Shown: positions 1-9,958 of the stretch, in pieces
Layout of the letters: each line of letters begins with the position of its first letter
Numbering within the stretch: position 1 is the stretch's first letter
Assembly (NCBI GenBank): GCA_015523565.1
Contig: WAKA01000013.1
Span: 1 to 29,863, forward strand
Source of the DNA: Candidatus Heimdallarchaeota archaeon
GTDB lineage: Archaea > Asgardarchaeota > Heimdallarchaeia > Heimdallarchaeales > Kariarchaeaceae
Direction: 5' to 3'
Length of the DNA: 29,863 bases
The notes under the pieces: model-generated
The model's database searches: none
What the model saw: the letters and a program-made list of their open reading frames with translations, nothing else
Told to the model about the DNA's origin: nothing
Program-made: the position numbers and the translations under genes

Positions 1-15
1 ATTATATGGACTCCC

Positions 16-1359
16 ATGCATGAAGCTCTCATTGTTTTTAATACAATCATAATCTCTTTCCTTTTTTTTCTCACAATGAAATTTTTTGAGTTCTGGAAAA
101 GGACGGGGGTCTCGGATTTTTTGATTATGACTGGTATCTTTGGATTTGGTTTTTTAGCGGTATTTTCAAACAATGTTTCATTATTAATGCCAAATTCTGC
201 ATTTTGGTTTCAAATGACAACATTCTCTTTCAATACTGTTGCCCTGTTTTATGTTTTATTTTCCCTTAACCTGAAAAAAATTCGATTTCGGAAAGTTATT
301 CTCTTCATTGCTTTGGGATGGTATTTTTTATTGGCATTTTTGTTGATATTCTGGAAGGTTTTTCCTCAACCAGATAATGCAAATGTGTTGTTCATTTTTG
401 ACAACCTCCCAAATACCCGTGGGGATGCCCATCCCAATGGCGCAGGTTTAAGTACCAGTTGGAATGGAATAAACACCATTATCTATAGCACTAGCCATCA
501 ACTTTTGGGTATCCTTTTTTGGTTTCTTGCTTCACTTGTTTTTCTTTACCAAACAACAATGGTTGAACTTCCTGCGCATCAATCCCCTGAAATCACCTCT
601 CGATTATCCGCAGTGAAGTTTCGATATGTTGCAGTAAGTTTCTTCTTAATTGCTTGGGTACTAACCCTATTTCCTTTCCCTGTTATGGGCTCTTTTTCTA
701 ATGGTATCGTACTTGGCGGGAAGATTTTTGTTATTGCAGGTCATCTTTTATTGGCCACAACTGTTTTAAATTACCCTGAATCATTGGTTTTCACAAAATA
801 CCAATTCCCACGGACATTTCGAAAAATTGCCAATAAACTTATGGAACCATATCATCCCTCTATTTCAAAAAACTATTTTTCCACTGTGGTTTCAATTATC
901 AGTACCTTCAATTTGGATGGGCTTTCTGGACATGACATTTCATTACAAGACACTGAGGAACCTTTTAGTTTCTATATAGCAAAATCAAGCTTGATCCGCT
1001 ACCAACAGAGTTTTCAGGAAGGGTTTAATGCCACCCTTGTTTCCAATTTCCTTGCTGCGTTTTCCAGTTTTTCAGATGAGGTTTTTGAACCTGGATCTGG
1101 AGACAATATCCAACAGACAAGAAACGGTAGCTACGAGGTTTTTGTCTTAATCAAAAATGGTCTGATGTTCTCCTATATATACAAGGGCATGAGTCTCCTG
1201 CTTCATACAAAAATGAAACGGGTCTCTGAAATGCTGTTGGCAATTCCAGAAATCAACTCATACCTATATTCTGAAAAAGCAGAATTAAATTTTGAAATAA
1301 ATGGCATGATTAAAAATATTGTTGATAATGTCTTGACTTATGGTTCAATTCAAATCTGA
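16..1359 (+). CDS. 7TM membrane protein with C-terminal longin-like domain (Asgard-type)
   Basis: About seven hydrophobic segments in aa 1-255 ending in NYPE; soluble C-terminus with LVSNFLAAFSSFSDEVF...YEVFVL...FSYIYKG resembling Asgard longin-like domains. Frame is open to the window edge, so the start may lie upstream. Confidence 0.6.
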   Translation: MHEALIVFNTIIISFLFFLTMKFFEFWKRTGVSDFLIMTGIFGFGFLAVFSNNVSLLMPNSAFWFQMTTFSFNTVALFYVLFSLNLKKIRFRKVILFIALGWYFLLAFLLIFWKVFPQPDNANVLFIFDNLPNTRGDAHPNGAGLSTSWNGINTIIYSTSHQLLGILFWFLASLVFLYQTTMVELPAHQSPEITSRLSAVKFRYVAVSFFLIAWVLTLFPFPVMGSFSNGIVLGGKIFVIAGHLLLATTVLNYPESLVFTKYQFPRTFRKIANKLMEPYHPSISKNYFSTVVSIISTFNLDGLSGHDISLQDTEEPFSFYIAKSSLIRYQQSFQEGFNATLVSNFLAAFSSFSDEVFEPGSGDNIQQTRNGSYEVFVLIKNGLMFSYIYKGMSLLLHTKMKRVSEMLLAIPEINSYLYSEKAELNFEINGMIKNIVDNVLTYGSIQI

Positions 1360-1432
1360 AAATCTTTCTGTTACCAATAATGTTGCGTTTACAAATTTTT
1401 GGACGAATGTACAGGTTTTCAAGCGATTTACA

Positions 1433-4381
1433 TTAATTGGTGATTTTTTTTATTGATCTTGCCTTGACTTTTATCCTTGTTTTCTTTTCTTTTTCAAATA
1501 TCTTTGCAAGAAACTGCCCTGTATAGGATTCCCTGACTTTTGCCACCTGTTCAGGTGTACCTTGTGCAACAATCCTTCCCCCCTGTTCTCCGCCATCAGG
1601 TCCCAAATCAATAATATGATCTGCATTCTTGATGATATCCAGATTGTGTTCGATTGTAATGATGGTATTCCCCTTGTCAACCAATTTGTGTAGTACCTCT
1701 AGAAGTTTTTTGACATCATGCATATGGAGTCCTGTGCTTGGTTCGTCCAACATTATCAATGTTTTCCCTGTTGCCCGTTTTGAAAGTTCCCTTGACAGCT
1801 TTATTCTTTGGGATTCTCCACCAGAAAGGGTTGTCGCCGATTGTCCCAATCTTAAGTATCCACACCCGACAGCTTGCAAAGTGGATAATATCCTCTTGAT
1901 TTTGGGGATATTCTGGAAAAAATCTGCGGCCTCATCAATTGACATTTCCAATACATCTGCGATAGATTTCCCTTTGTATTTTATCTCTAGTGTCTCCTTA
2001 TTGAAACGTTTCCCACGGCAAACTTCACAATCCACATATACATCTGAAAGAAAGCTCATCTCTATTTTGTTATAGCCGTTCCCTTGACATGCCTCACATC
2101 TCCCCCCCTTGACATTAAATGAAAATCTCCCTGGTTTGTATCCCCTGACTTTTGCATCTGGAAGATTGGCAAAGAGGTTCCTGATTTCATCAAAGACTTT
2201 TGTATATGTGGCTGGGTTACTTCTAGGTGTCTTTCCTATTGGTCTTTGATCTATCATGATGACCTTATCCAATTCCTCAATGTTCTCGATTTTTTTATGT
2301 TTGCCTGCACGGTCTGTTGCCCTGTTAAACTGCCTTGCAAGCTCTTTCCAGAGTATGCCGTTTATCAAGCTTGATTTTCCGCTTCCCGATACTCCAGTAA
2401 CAACAATGAACTTTCCAAGAGGGATTTCGACATCGATGTTCTTCAAGTTGTTATGCTGTGCGCCCCGTATCCAAAGGGATTTCCCAGTTCCCTTTCTTCT
2501 TCTTTTTGGAATTGGGATGCTTAATTCCCCTCTCAAGTATTTGCCTGTCAGTGATGTCTCATGTTTCTCAATGTCCTCGACAGTTCCTGCCGCGACCACC
2601 TCTCCACCATGAATCCCTGCTTCTGGACCCATGTCGATTATGTAATCTGCACTTCTGATTGTTTCCTCATCATGCTCAATGACTATTACACTGTTCCCTA
2701 AATCCCTCAATTCCAAAAATGTGTTAAGTAACCTTTCATTATCCTTCTGATGCAGACCGATAGACGGTTCGTCCAGCACATACATGACTCCTACAAGCCT
2801 GCTTCCAATTTGTGTTGCAAGCCTGATGCGTTGTGCTTCGCCTCCTGACAATGTTGATGCTCTTCTATCCAAGGTGAGATATTCCAGTCCCACGCTTGCC
2901 AGAAACCCTAATCTTCCCTTAATCTCTTTCATGACCTGTTCTGTTATCTTTTTCTCCTTTTCTGACATTTCCAAGTTGGCAAAGAAGTCTATGGCTTCCT
3001 TAACTGAAAGTTTAGAGACTTCCATGATGTTCTTGCCCCCAACTTTAACCCCAAGGAATATTGGCTTAAGTTTCATCCCATTGCACGTCTTGCAAGGCTG
3101 ATCTGCCATGAACTGTTCATAATACCTTCGCATTCCAGGGGATGTGGTACTTAGGTATCTCCTTTTAACAATATTGACCTGCCCCTCGATTCTTCTTTCT
3201 GCCTCATACACGAAGGTTGACTTGTTTTTCCTTTTTGCTTCATCCTTCGACCGTTCCACCCGTAATCTTATTTTTTTGTCACTTCCCCACATCAGTGCAT
3301 TGAATGCCTTTTTCGATATTTTATTTATTGGAGTTTTCTCATCATAGCCAAAATGTTCCAATATGGACTTCACAAGTTTGTATTGCCAAGAATCTTGGTT
3401 TGCAGGGACTGTCCTGATTGCCCCTTCGCTAAGACTCAGGGATTGGTCTGGAATTATAAGGGTCGGATCCACTTGTCTTACAGATCCAAGCCCCATGCAA
3501 TCTTCACATGCCCCAATGGGGTTATTGAATGAAAACATTCTTGGTGTCAGTTCCGGGATGGATATCCCATCTTTTGCACATCCTGCAAATTCATTGAAAA
3601 CTACCTTTCTTGGATTGTTCTTATCAACTATGTCTATGATGACTTGTCCATTTGATTTCTCAAGCGTCTTTTCAATGGAATCCGTCAGTCTGCTTCTTAT
3701 TCCCTCTTTCAAAATCAATCTATCCATGACAATTGAAATGTCATGTCTGTAATTTTTATCCAGATCCGGAATTTCGTCATCAAGTGACACTTCTCTACCA
3801 TTGACCAATAACCGTGAAAATCCTTCTCTCAATAATTGGTCAAACAGTTTCTTATGTGTTCCCTTTTCATTGATGATGATCGGTGCAATAACCTTAAATC
3901 GAGTCCCTTCATCCCAAGCCATGATTTGATTCACTATTTCCTCTGCGGAAAGTCCTGTTATGGGATCTCCACAAATTGGGCAATGAGGTTTTCCAATTGT
4001 TGCATACATTATCCTCAAGTAATCCATTATCTCTGTCACAGTTGCCACAGTTGATCTCGGATTGTGCGATGATGTTTTTTGCTCGATGCAAATTGCAGGA
4101 CTGAGGCCAGAGATGGATTTGACATGGGGTTTCTCCAGTTGGCCCAAAAATTGCCTTGCATAGGAACTCAGGGATTCGACAAATCTCCTTTGCCCCTCCA
4201 CAAAAAGCGTATCAATTGCCAATGATGACTTCCCACTCCCTGAAAGACCTGTGATCACTACGAACCTATTTCTTGGAATTGCCACATTAATGCCTTTCAG
4301 ATTGTGTTCTCTTGCCTCTTCCACAATTATCCATTCTTTCTTGTCTTCCAAAGGGGGGATGGGTAGTTTTCTCTGTTGCAT
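1433..4381 (-). CDS. uvrA: Excinuclease ABC subunit A
   Basis: AREHNLK, Walker A GLSGSGKSS and GVSGSGKSS, signatures LSGGEAQR and LSGGESQR, VLDEPS/MLDEPS, CxxC zinc fingers, TPRSNPATY. Confidence 0.98.
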   Translation of the reverse strand: MQQRKLPIPPLEDKKEWIIVEEAREHNLKGINVAIPRNRFVVITGLSGSGKSSLAIDTLFVEGQRRFVESLSSYARQFLGQLEKPHVKSISGLSPAICIEQKTSSHNPRSTVATVTEIMDYLRIMYATIGKPHCPICGDPITGLSAEEIVNQIMAWDEGTRFKVIAPIIINEKGTHKKLFDQLLREGFSRLLVNGREVSLDDEIPDLDKNYRHDISIVMDRLILKEGIRSRLTDSIEKTLEKSNGQVIIDIVDKNNPRKVVFNEFAGCAKDGISIPELTPRMFSFNNPIGACEDCMGLGSVRQVDPTLIIPDQSLSLSEGAIRTVPANQDSWQYKLVKSILEHFGYDEKTPINKISKKAFNALMWGSDKKIRLRVERSKDEAKRKNKSTFVYEAERRIEGQVNIVKRRYLSTTSPGMRRYYEQFMADQPCKTCNGMKLKPIFLGVKVGGKNIMEVSKLSVKEAIDFFANLEMSEKEKKITEQVMKEIKGRLGFLASVGLEYLTLDRRASTLSGGEAQRIRLATQIGSRLVGVMYVLDEPSIGLHQKDNERLLNTFLELRDLGNSVIVIEHDEETIRSADYIIDMGPEAGIHGGEVVAAGTVEDIEKHETSLTGKYLRGELSIPIPKRRRKGTGKSLWIRGAQHNNLKNIDVEIPLGKFIVVTGVSGSGKSSLINGILWKELARQFNRATDRAGKHKKIENIEELDKVIMIDQRPIGKTPRSNPATYTKVFDEIRNLFANLPDAKVRGYKPGRFSFNVKGGRCEACQGNGYNKIEMSFLSDVYVDCEVCRGKRFNKETLEIKYKGKSIADVLEMSIDEAADFFQNIPKIKRILSTLQAVGCGYLRLGQSATTLSGGESQRIKLSRELSKRATGKTLIMLDEPSTGLHMHDVKKLLEVLHKLVDKGNTIITIEHNLDIIKNADHIIDLGPDGGEQGGRIVAQGTPEQVAKVRESYTGQFLAKIFEKEKKTRIKVKARSIKKITN

Positions 4382-4388
4382 TGACCTG

Positions 4389-4399
4389 TCTCCTCACCC
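4389..4399 (-). promoter_or_regulatory. Shine-Dalgarno-like site of uvrA
   Basis: Minus strand reads GGGTGAGGAGA-caggtca-ATG. Confidence 0.55.
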
Positions 4400-4566
4400 T
4401 TCATTAAATGAAGAATGCTATTGTTTCTCCTTACCCATGATGGTTTATAATATCTCGGATAAGACGGGATTAAAAGTAAATATCTTCTTTATGACCTTTC
4501 ATGTGGTAATTTACACTATGTTTTTTTGTACTGATTCTGGTGATGTACTAAAAATGGATGCGTTGT

Positions 4567-4629
4567 GCTCATTTGTCTGCATTGGAAGGGAGGTGGTGGA
4601 ATGCCTCCCTCCCTTTTGCAGAGGTGAGC
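4567..4629. other. GC-rich extended stem-loop between clpB and uvrA (3' UTR structure, terminator-like element or small RNA)
   Basis: Nested inverted repeats GCTCA/TGAGC, TCTGCA/TGCAGA and AGGGAGG/CCTCCCT in an otherwise AT-rich spacer. Confidence 0.5.
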
Positions 4630-4645
4630 CATTAGGAAGCCGAGA

Positions 4646-7240
4646 TCATTTGTGACTGACCACTACTTTGTCATCCTTCAGCTTTGCCACCAAAGTTGTT
4701 CCCTCTTTCAGCTCATGTGACAACAGATAGTTTGCAAGAGGTGTTTCAAGGTATTTTGCAATGGCCCGTTTCAGTGGTCTTGCTCCATATGCCTGATCGT
4801 ATCCCACTTTCGCCAAGAACTTGACAACGTCATCGGAAACTTCAAGTTTGAGGTTTTGTGCTTCAATACGTTTGTAGAGTCTTTCCAATTGAATTTTCAC
4901 AATATCGACCATCAAGTCCTCGGTCAGTGAGTGGAAAACAACCACTTCATCAACCCTATTAAGGAATTCTGGACGGAAGAAGTGTTTCAATTCTTCCATA
5001 ACAGCATTCTTGATCGCCTCATAGCTTTCTCCACGTTCTGTCATCTCAAATATCAATTGACTTCCAATGTTGGATGTGAATATGATTACCGTGTTTGTGA
5101 AATCAACTGTTCTTCCCTTGGAATCAGTTAGTCTTCCGTCATCCAGCACTTGCAGGAGTACGTTGAATACATCTGGATGTGCCTTTTCAATCTCGTCAAA
5201 CAGGATGACTGAATATGGTTGTCTTCTGATTGCTTCTGTAAGTTGACCTCCTTCGTCATGTCCGACATAACCAGGGGGCGCACCAATCAGCCTTGCCACA
5301 GAATGTTTCTCCATGTATTCGCTCATGTCGATCCTGACCATGTATTTTTCAGAGTCAAATAGAAACTCTGCCAAGGCTTTTGCAAGTTCTGTCTTCCCAA
5401 CACCTGTGGGACCAAGGAACATGAAACTTCCAAGGGGTCTTTCACCTGAGCTGAGTCCTGCTCTTGACCTTCTTATGGTCTGTGCCAATGCTTGGATAGC
5501 CTCATCTTGTCCCTTCACTCTTTTTCTCAAGTGTTCTTCCATATGGAGTATCCTGTCCGCCTCTTCTTGTGTTATCTTGGAGACAGGGATTCCTGTCCAT
5601 CGGGAAACGACTTCTGCAATGTCTTCTTCACTTACCTCTTGCCTGAGGAATGTTTTGCCACTTTTCTTCATTTCCTCAACTTTCTGCTGCAATTCATTAA
5701 GCTTGTTCTGCAACTGTGGGATTTGTCCATACATGATCCTTCCCACTGTTTCAAGGTCACCGTCCCGTTGTGCCCTGTCTGCCTCAATTTTTAGGTCTTC
5801 TATCTGACTCTTGATTTTTGCAATTTCCTCAAACACTTCTTTTTCTTTTTCCCATTGTGCTTTAATACGGGCAAATTCCTCTTTTTCCTTTTCAAGTTCC
5901 TCTTCAATCTGTTGCAGTCTTCTCTTTGATGCGGCGTCATTCTCCTTCTTGACGACGGATCTTTCAATCTCCAACTGGTTTATTCTCCTCTGCACCTTTT
6001 CCAGTTCTTCGGGCATGGATTGAAGTTCCATTGAAATTTTTGATGCCGCCTCATCAATTAGGTCAATTGCCTTGTCTGGTAAATATCGGTCTGTAATATA
6101 TCTGTTGGACAATTGCGCCGCGGCTACAAGTGCGTTATCTTGGATCCTCACACCATGATGGACTTCATACTTGTCCTTAAGACCTCTAAGTATGGAAATT
6201 GTGTCCTCAACGGATGGCTGGTCCACAAATACGGGCTGGAATCTTCTTTCCAATGCGGCATCCTTTTCAAAGTACTTTCGGTACTCATCATAGGTTGTCG
6301 CAGCAATCGTTCTCAGTTTTCCTCTTGCAAGCATGGGTTTGAGCAGATTGGATGCGTCCAATGACCCTTCACTTGCACCTGCCCCGACAATGGTGTGTGC
6401 CTCGTCAATAAAGAGGATAATTTTTCCATTTGACTGTTCAATCTCATTCAGCACTGCCTTGAGCCTTTCCTCAAATTCACCCCTATATTTTGCCCCTGCA
6501 ATGAGACTGCCCATGTCAAGTGCGAGTAGACGAACGTCTTTCAGCGAATCGGGCACATCACCCTTTACGATTCTTTGTGCCAATCCCTCTACAATTGCCG
6601 TCTTACCCACACCTGGTTCTCCAATCAATACAGGATTGTTCTTTGTCCTTCTGGAAAGGACATGTATCACTCTCCTGATTTCATCGTCCCTTCCTACAAC
6701 TGGATCCAATTTTCCTTCTGCCGCCAGTTTTGTGAAGTCAATCGTATATTTTTCCAGTGCCTGGAACTTGTTTTCTGCGTCTTGGCTATCCACTTTTTGC
6801 GTCCCTCTTGTCTCTTTCACTGCCTTGAGAAAGTCATTGTAATTTACACTAGGGTTGATTTCTTTAATTACCCTTTGTATGTCTCTTGATTCCTTAATGA
6901 TGCTGAGCAACAAGACATCGACAGAGACATATTGGTCTCCCAATTGGCTTGCCAACTTCTCCGCATTTGCCAAAACCTTGTTCAATGTCTGGGATATTTG
7001 CATGGATGCACCAGTTACTTTTGGCTTGCTCTCCAGCTTTTGTTTGACCTTTTGATAAAGTGTATCCGAATTGACCCCTGCCTTGTTGATGATTTGGTCA
7101 ATTAGTGCATTGTCTTCATCCATCATTGCCTTGAGCAAATGGAATTCATCAAGATAGGCATGGTCATATTGTGTAGCAATTGTCTGTGCCTGACTAATGG
7201 CTTCCTGTGATTTTACTGTAAACTTGTTGAGATTAACCAT
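4646..7240 (-). CDS. clpB: ATP-dependent disaggregase ClpB (Hsp100)
   Basis: Clp N-domain, [18 protein letters not shown], pore loop [10 protein letters not shown], long coiled-coil M domain, [25 protein letters not shown]; no ClpP-docking IGF loop. Confidence 0.97.
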   Translation of the reverse strand: MVNLNKFTVKSQEAISQAQTIATQYDHAYLDEFHLLKAMMDEDNALIDQIINKAGVNSDTLYQKVKQKLESKPKVTGASMQISQTLNKVLANAEKLASQLGDQYVSVDVLLLSIIKESRDIQRVIKEINPSVNYNDFLKAVKETRGTQKVDSQDAENKFQALEKYTIDFTKLAAEGKLDPVVGRDDEIRRVIHVLSRRTKNNPVLIGEPGVGKTAIVEGLAQRIVKGDVPDSLKDVRLLALDMGSLIAGAKYRGEFEERLKAVLNEIEQSNGKIILFIDEAHTIVGAGASEGSLDASNLLKPMLARGKLRTIAATTYDEYRKYFEKDAALERRFQPVFVDQPSVEDTISILRGLKDKYEVHHGVRIQDNALVAAAQLSNRYITDRYLPDKAIDLIDEAASKISMELQSMPEELEKVQRRINQLEIERSVVKKENDAASKRRLQQIEEELEKEKEEFARIKAQWEKEKEVFEEIAKIKSQIEDLKIEADRAQRDGDLETVGRIMYGQIPQLQNKLNELQQKVEEMKKSGKTFLRQEVSEEDIAEVVSRWTGIPVSKITQEEADRILHMEEHLRKRVKGQDEAIQALAQTIRRSRAGLSSGERPLGSFMFLGPTGVGKTELAKALAEFLFDSEKYMVRIDMSEYMEKHSVARLIGAPPGYVGHDEGGQLTEAIRRQPYSVILFDEIEKAHPDVFNVLLQVLDDGRLTDSKGRTVDFTNTVIIFTSNIGSQLIFEMTERGESYEAIKNAVMEELKHFFRPEFLNRVDEVVVFHSLTEDLMVDIVKIQLERLYKRIEAQNLKLEVSDDVVKFLAKVGYDQAYGARPLKRAIAKYLETPLANYLLSHELKEGTTLVAKLKDDKVVVSHK

Positions 7241-7245
7241 GTTGA

Positions 7246-7310
7246 CTCACCTCTATTGTATTGTATGTATTATAATTAAAATATCATAGTCGTTATATAT
7301 AAATATTTCG
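7246..7310 (-). promoter_or_regulatory. clpB promoter (BRE/TATA) and Shine-Dalgarno site
   Basis: Minus strand: CGAAATA-TTTATATA (about 7310-7296) and AGAGGTGAG (7254-7246) 5 nt before the ATG. Confidence 0.55.
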
Positions 7311-7539
7311 CCTTCTGGTTTGAACTGAATATCATTTTTTCTTGGGAGTGTGATATCTTCATTTTGACCATGTAGCGTAACTTTTTAGTTAGTGGTGAAA
7401 TCGTCTTGTAAAGTTGTCTGAAGCTGACAATGCGGCTGAATGTTTTTTGTTCCAAAACGATATTTCTTTCACCTTTAGGTTAAATGTAAAATCCCATGCT
7501 GAAACATCTTTTTTATAGTGTTGTGCGACAGATTTTCTT

Positions 7540-8304
7540 ATGACAGAAATCGATGATGAACTGGCACGTATCAGGGAAAAAATCAATAGTATCAAGCAAG
7601 AGGTCAATTCAAAGGATGCTCCTGTAGACGTGAAGGGTGAAACAATAGAAGATCGGACAATTGATATGCATGCATTTGCAGAAAATATCCGTGTTGAAGT
7701 TGGGGAAAACCTGAAAAAAGAGTTGGAACGTGCAAAATCGGAAATTGAGAAAAGCAAACAGAAAATAAAGTCCGAAATTCCCCAATCCATCCCGAATCCT
7801 GAAAATTTTGAGTTACCCATTGTCCCCATATTGACAGAGACACAAAAGCTCGTTTCAAATGCAATTACCACTGCATTGGCTTCTGTTGAGGTGGCTCTAA
7901 AGCCTCTAGAAAATCTGGGGGATATGGCTACTGATTTTTCCATCAAGGAAAAGGAGCTAAAGAAAAAAGCAAAAAAACTGGAGAAATTGTCTAAGAAGTT
8001 GAAGAAAGCTCGCCTTAAACTTGAAATCGATGGATTTGATCCAATCACGGTTGATTTGGGGCATGACGATGTGGATATTGATGAAACAATAGATGAGGCT
8101 ATGGATCAGTTTGAAGATACAATTGAAGAAGTTGTTGAGATGGTTGAGGAAGTTGCAGAAGAAATGGAGGATCTTGAAGAGGAAATAGGGGAAATTGAAG
8201 AAGAAATATGGGAAAACGACGAGGAGGGAATGGGGGATACAGTTGGGAAAACCAAGGAAAAAAATGGTTCTGTTAATGTTCAATGGGATCTCGATGATGA
8301 ATAG
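7540..8304 (+). CDS. Hypothetical coiled-coil protein with basic central and highly acidic C-terminal helices
   Basis: 254-aa ORF, heptad patterns, TTTTATA at 7511-7517 about 26 nt before the ATG. Confidence 0.75.
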   Translation: MTEIDDELARIREKINSIKQEVNSKDAPVDVKGETIEDRTIDMHAFAENIRVEVGENLKKELERAKSEIEKSKQKIKSEIPQSIPNPENFELPIVPILTETQKLVSNAITTALASVEVALKPLENLGDMATDFSIKEKELKKKAKKLEKLSKKLKKARLKLEIDGFDPITVDLGHDDVDIDETIDEAMDQFEDTIEEVVEMVEEVAEEMEDLEEEIGEIEEEIWENDEEGMGDTVGKTKEKNGSVNVQWDLDDE

Positions 8305-8373
8305 CCGTCAATTTTCCTCCAATTTCGCGCGAAGGAATTCAAACATTTTTTACTTTTGCCATTAACATGCGCT

Positions 8374-9885
8374 ATGGAAAACTACAGGAAGGCAATGGAA
8401 ATTTTCGAAAAAATTCAACTTTTAAGTAGCATCTCTTCAGTTCTTTATTGGGATACGAACACTTCCCTTCCTGCTCAGGGTATCCAATACAGATCTGAGC
8501 AAACAGGATATATCAGTGAGCTAATCCATGGACTACAAACATCAGATGAACTTATCAATGCTGTCAAGGCAGCAAACGCAGAGAAACTTGATGAAGAACA
8601 GCGACGTGATTTGGAAATTCTGGATCGGCAAATCAGAATTGGGACTGCATTACCTGACAAGTTTGTGAAGAGACAAACGGCACAAGCCAACACAACGTTA
8701 GAGATTTGGAAAAAAGCCAAGGGGAAATCAGATTTTTCAATCGTTCTCCCGGAACTGGAAAAGTCTTTCCAACTTAATTATGAACGAGGCATTCTTATAG
8801 GAAAGGCAATTGGAATTGATCATCCATTTGAAGCCTTGCTGAATGTAAGGGAACCTGGAATGACCGTTGATTCCGTCAGTCAACTTTTCCAAAGGGCACT
8901 TGCCTTCCTAAAACCCTTGACAAAAAAATATGCTGAAAAAAGTGCAGAACTAAGGACTGACAGGTTGGATTTTTTAGTCAAGAAAAGTGTTCAAAAACAG
9001 ATTGTAAAGGAAATTGCTCGCTTTTATCGATACCCCTTTGAAGGTGACAGGGCAAGAGGTCGAATTGATGAGGTAGAACATCCTCTTACAATCAGTTGCG
9101 GTCCTGATGATGTAAGGGTGACTGTAAAGTACAATGAGCCTGAATTCACTAGGAGCATATTTGCGGCGTGCCATGAACTTGGTCATGCCTTGGATCGATT
9201 AAACAGAAATCCAGAATGGATGGGTCGTCCAATCGATTCATTTCGAACACCTAGCATTGCTGAATGTTATTCCAGATTTACAGAAAATAAGGTTGGCAAA
9301 TCATCTGAATTTTGGCAATACTTCTTCCCCATCTTGCAAGAACATCTTCCACAACTCAAGGATATGCAATGGAATGAGTTTTATGCTCTCACAAACCTAG
9401 TCAATCCGAATCCAAGTAGACTTAGAGCAGATGAATTGACTTATTTGACCCATATCATTATCCGCTTTGAAATAGAAAAGATGCTATTTGAAGACAAAAT
9501 CTCAATCCAGGACTTGCCTGGGATTTGGAATGAGAAGTACTCTGAATATCTTGGGGTTGAAGTTCCAAATGACGCTGAGGGGGTACTTCAAGACCTTCAT
9601 TGGTACAGTGTTTATTGGGCATATTTCCAAGGTTATGGGCTGGGAGACCTGATGGGTTCGCAACTTCTCCAAAAAGTTGATCACGATGTCCCGGATTGGA
9701 GGGATAATGTACGTATGGGTGACATTTCCATACTTTCTGAATGGTTGGCTTCCAATGCATTCTCCTTGGCAGGTCGCTATGATCCGATGGAATTGATACA
9801 ACAAATAACTGGCATTCCATTGTCTGTAGATGCACACAAAAAGTATCTAAATGTAAAGTATTATGAACTTTTCACAAAACTTTGA
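8374..9885 (+). CDS. M32 family metallo-carboxypeptidase (carboxypeptidase Taq/Pfu-like)
   Basis: LYWD, EHPLT, DVRVT, HELGH zinc motif, ECYSRFTEN, RLRADELTY, GVLQDLHW, YFQGYGLG. Start moved from TTG 8356 to ATG 8374. Confidence 0.93.
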   Translation: MENYRKAMEIFEKIQLLSSISSVLYWDTNTSLPAQGIQYRSEQTGYISELIHGLQTSDELINAVKAANAEKLDEEQRRDLEILDRQIRIGTALPDKFVKRQTAQANTTLEIWKKAKGKSDFSIVLPELEKSFQLNYERGILIGKAIGIDHPFEALLNVREPGMTVDSVSQLFQRALAFLKPLTKKYAEKSAELRTDRLDFLVKKSVQKQIVKEIARFYRYPFEGDRARGRIDEVEHPLTISCGPDDVRVTVKYNEPEFTRSIFAACHELGHALDRLNRNPEWMGRPIDSFRTPSIAECYSRFTENKVGKSSEFWQYFFPILQEHLPQLKDMQWNEFYALTNLVNPNPSRLRADELTYLTHIIIRFEIEKMLFEDKISIQDLPGIWNEKYSEYLGVEVPNDAEGVLQDLHWYSVYWAYFQGYGLGDLMGSQLLQKVDHDVPDWRDNVRMGDISILSEWLASNAFSLAGRYDPMELIQQITGIPLSVDAHKKYLNVKYYELFTKL

Positions 9886-9958
9886 TATTATAACTAAATT
9901 ATTAATTTAAAATAATGGTTACAGCAAAACTTATAGAGCACAAAAAAAAGCATTACTC

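Noticed and set aside
4601-4627. Mini-ORF MPPSLLQR on + strand preceded by GGAGGTG
   Set aside because: Eight codons lying wholly inside the hairpin; explained by its sequence.
4567-4629. Hairpin as a SECIS element
   Set aside because: No SECIS core on the clpB mRNA strand and no in-frame TGA in the neighbouring genes.
1471-7055. Many 60-170 aa ORFs antisense to or overlapping uvrA and clpB (similar ones elsewhere)
   Set aside because: Shadow ORFs of strongly conserved genes with no recognisable motifs.
7389-8048. 219-aa antisense ORF
   Set aside because: Phe/Ser-rich mirror of the Lys/Glu-rich + strand gene.
7540-8304. ESCRT-III/Snf7 or PspA assignment
   Set aside because: Basic-then-acidic pattern is suggestive, but a Pro-rich break interrupts the expected long hairpin and no Vps4 or other ESCRT gene is nearby.
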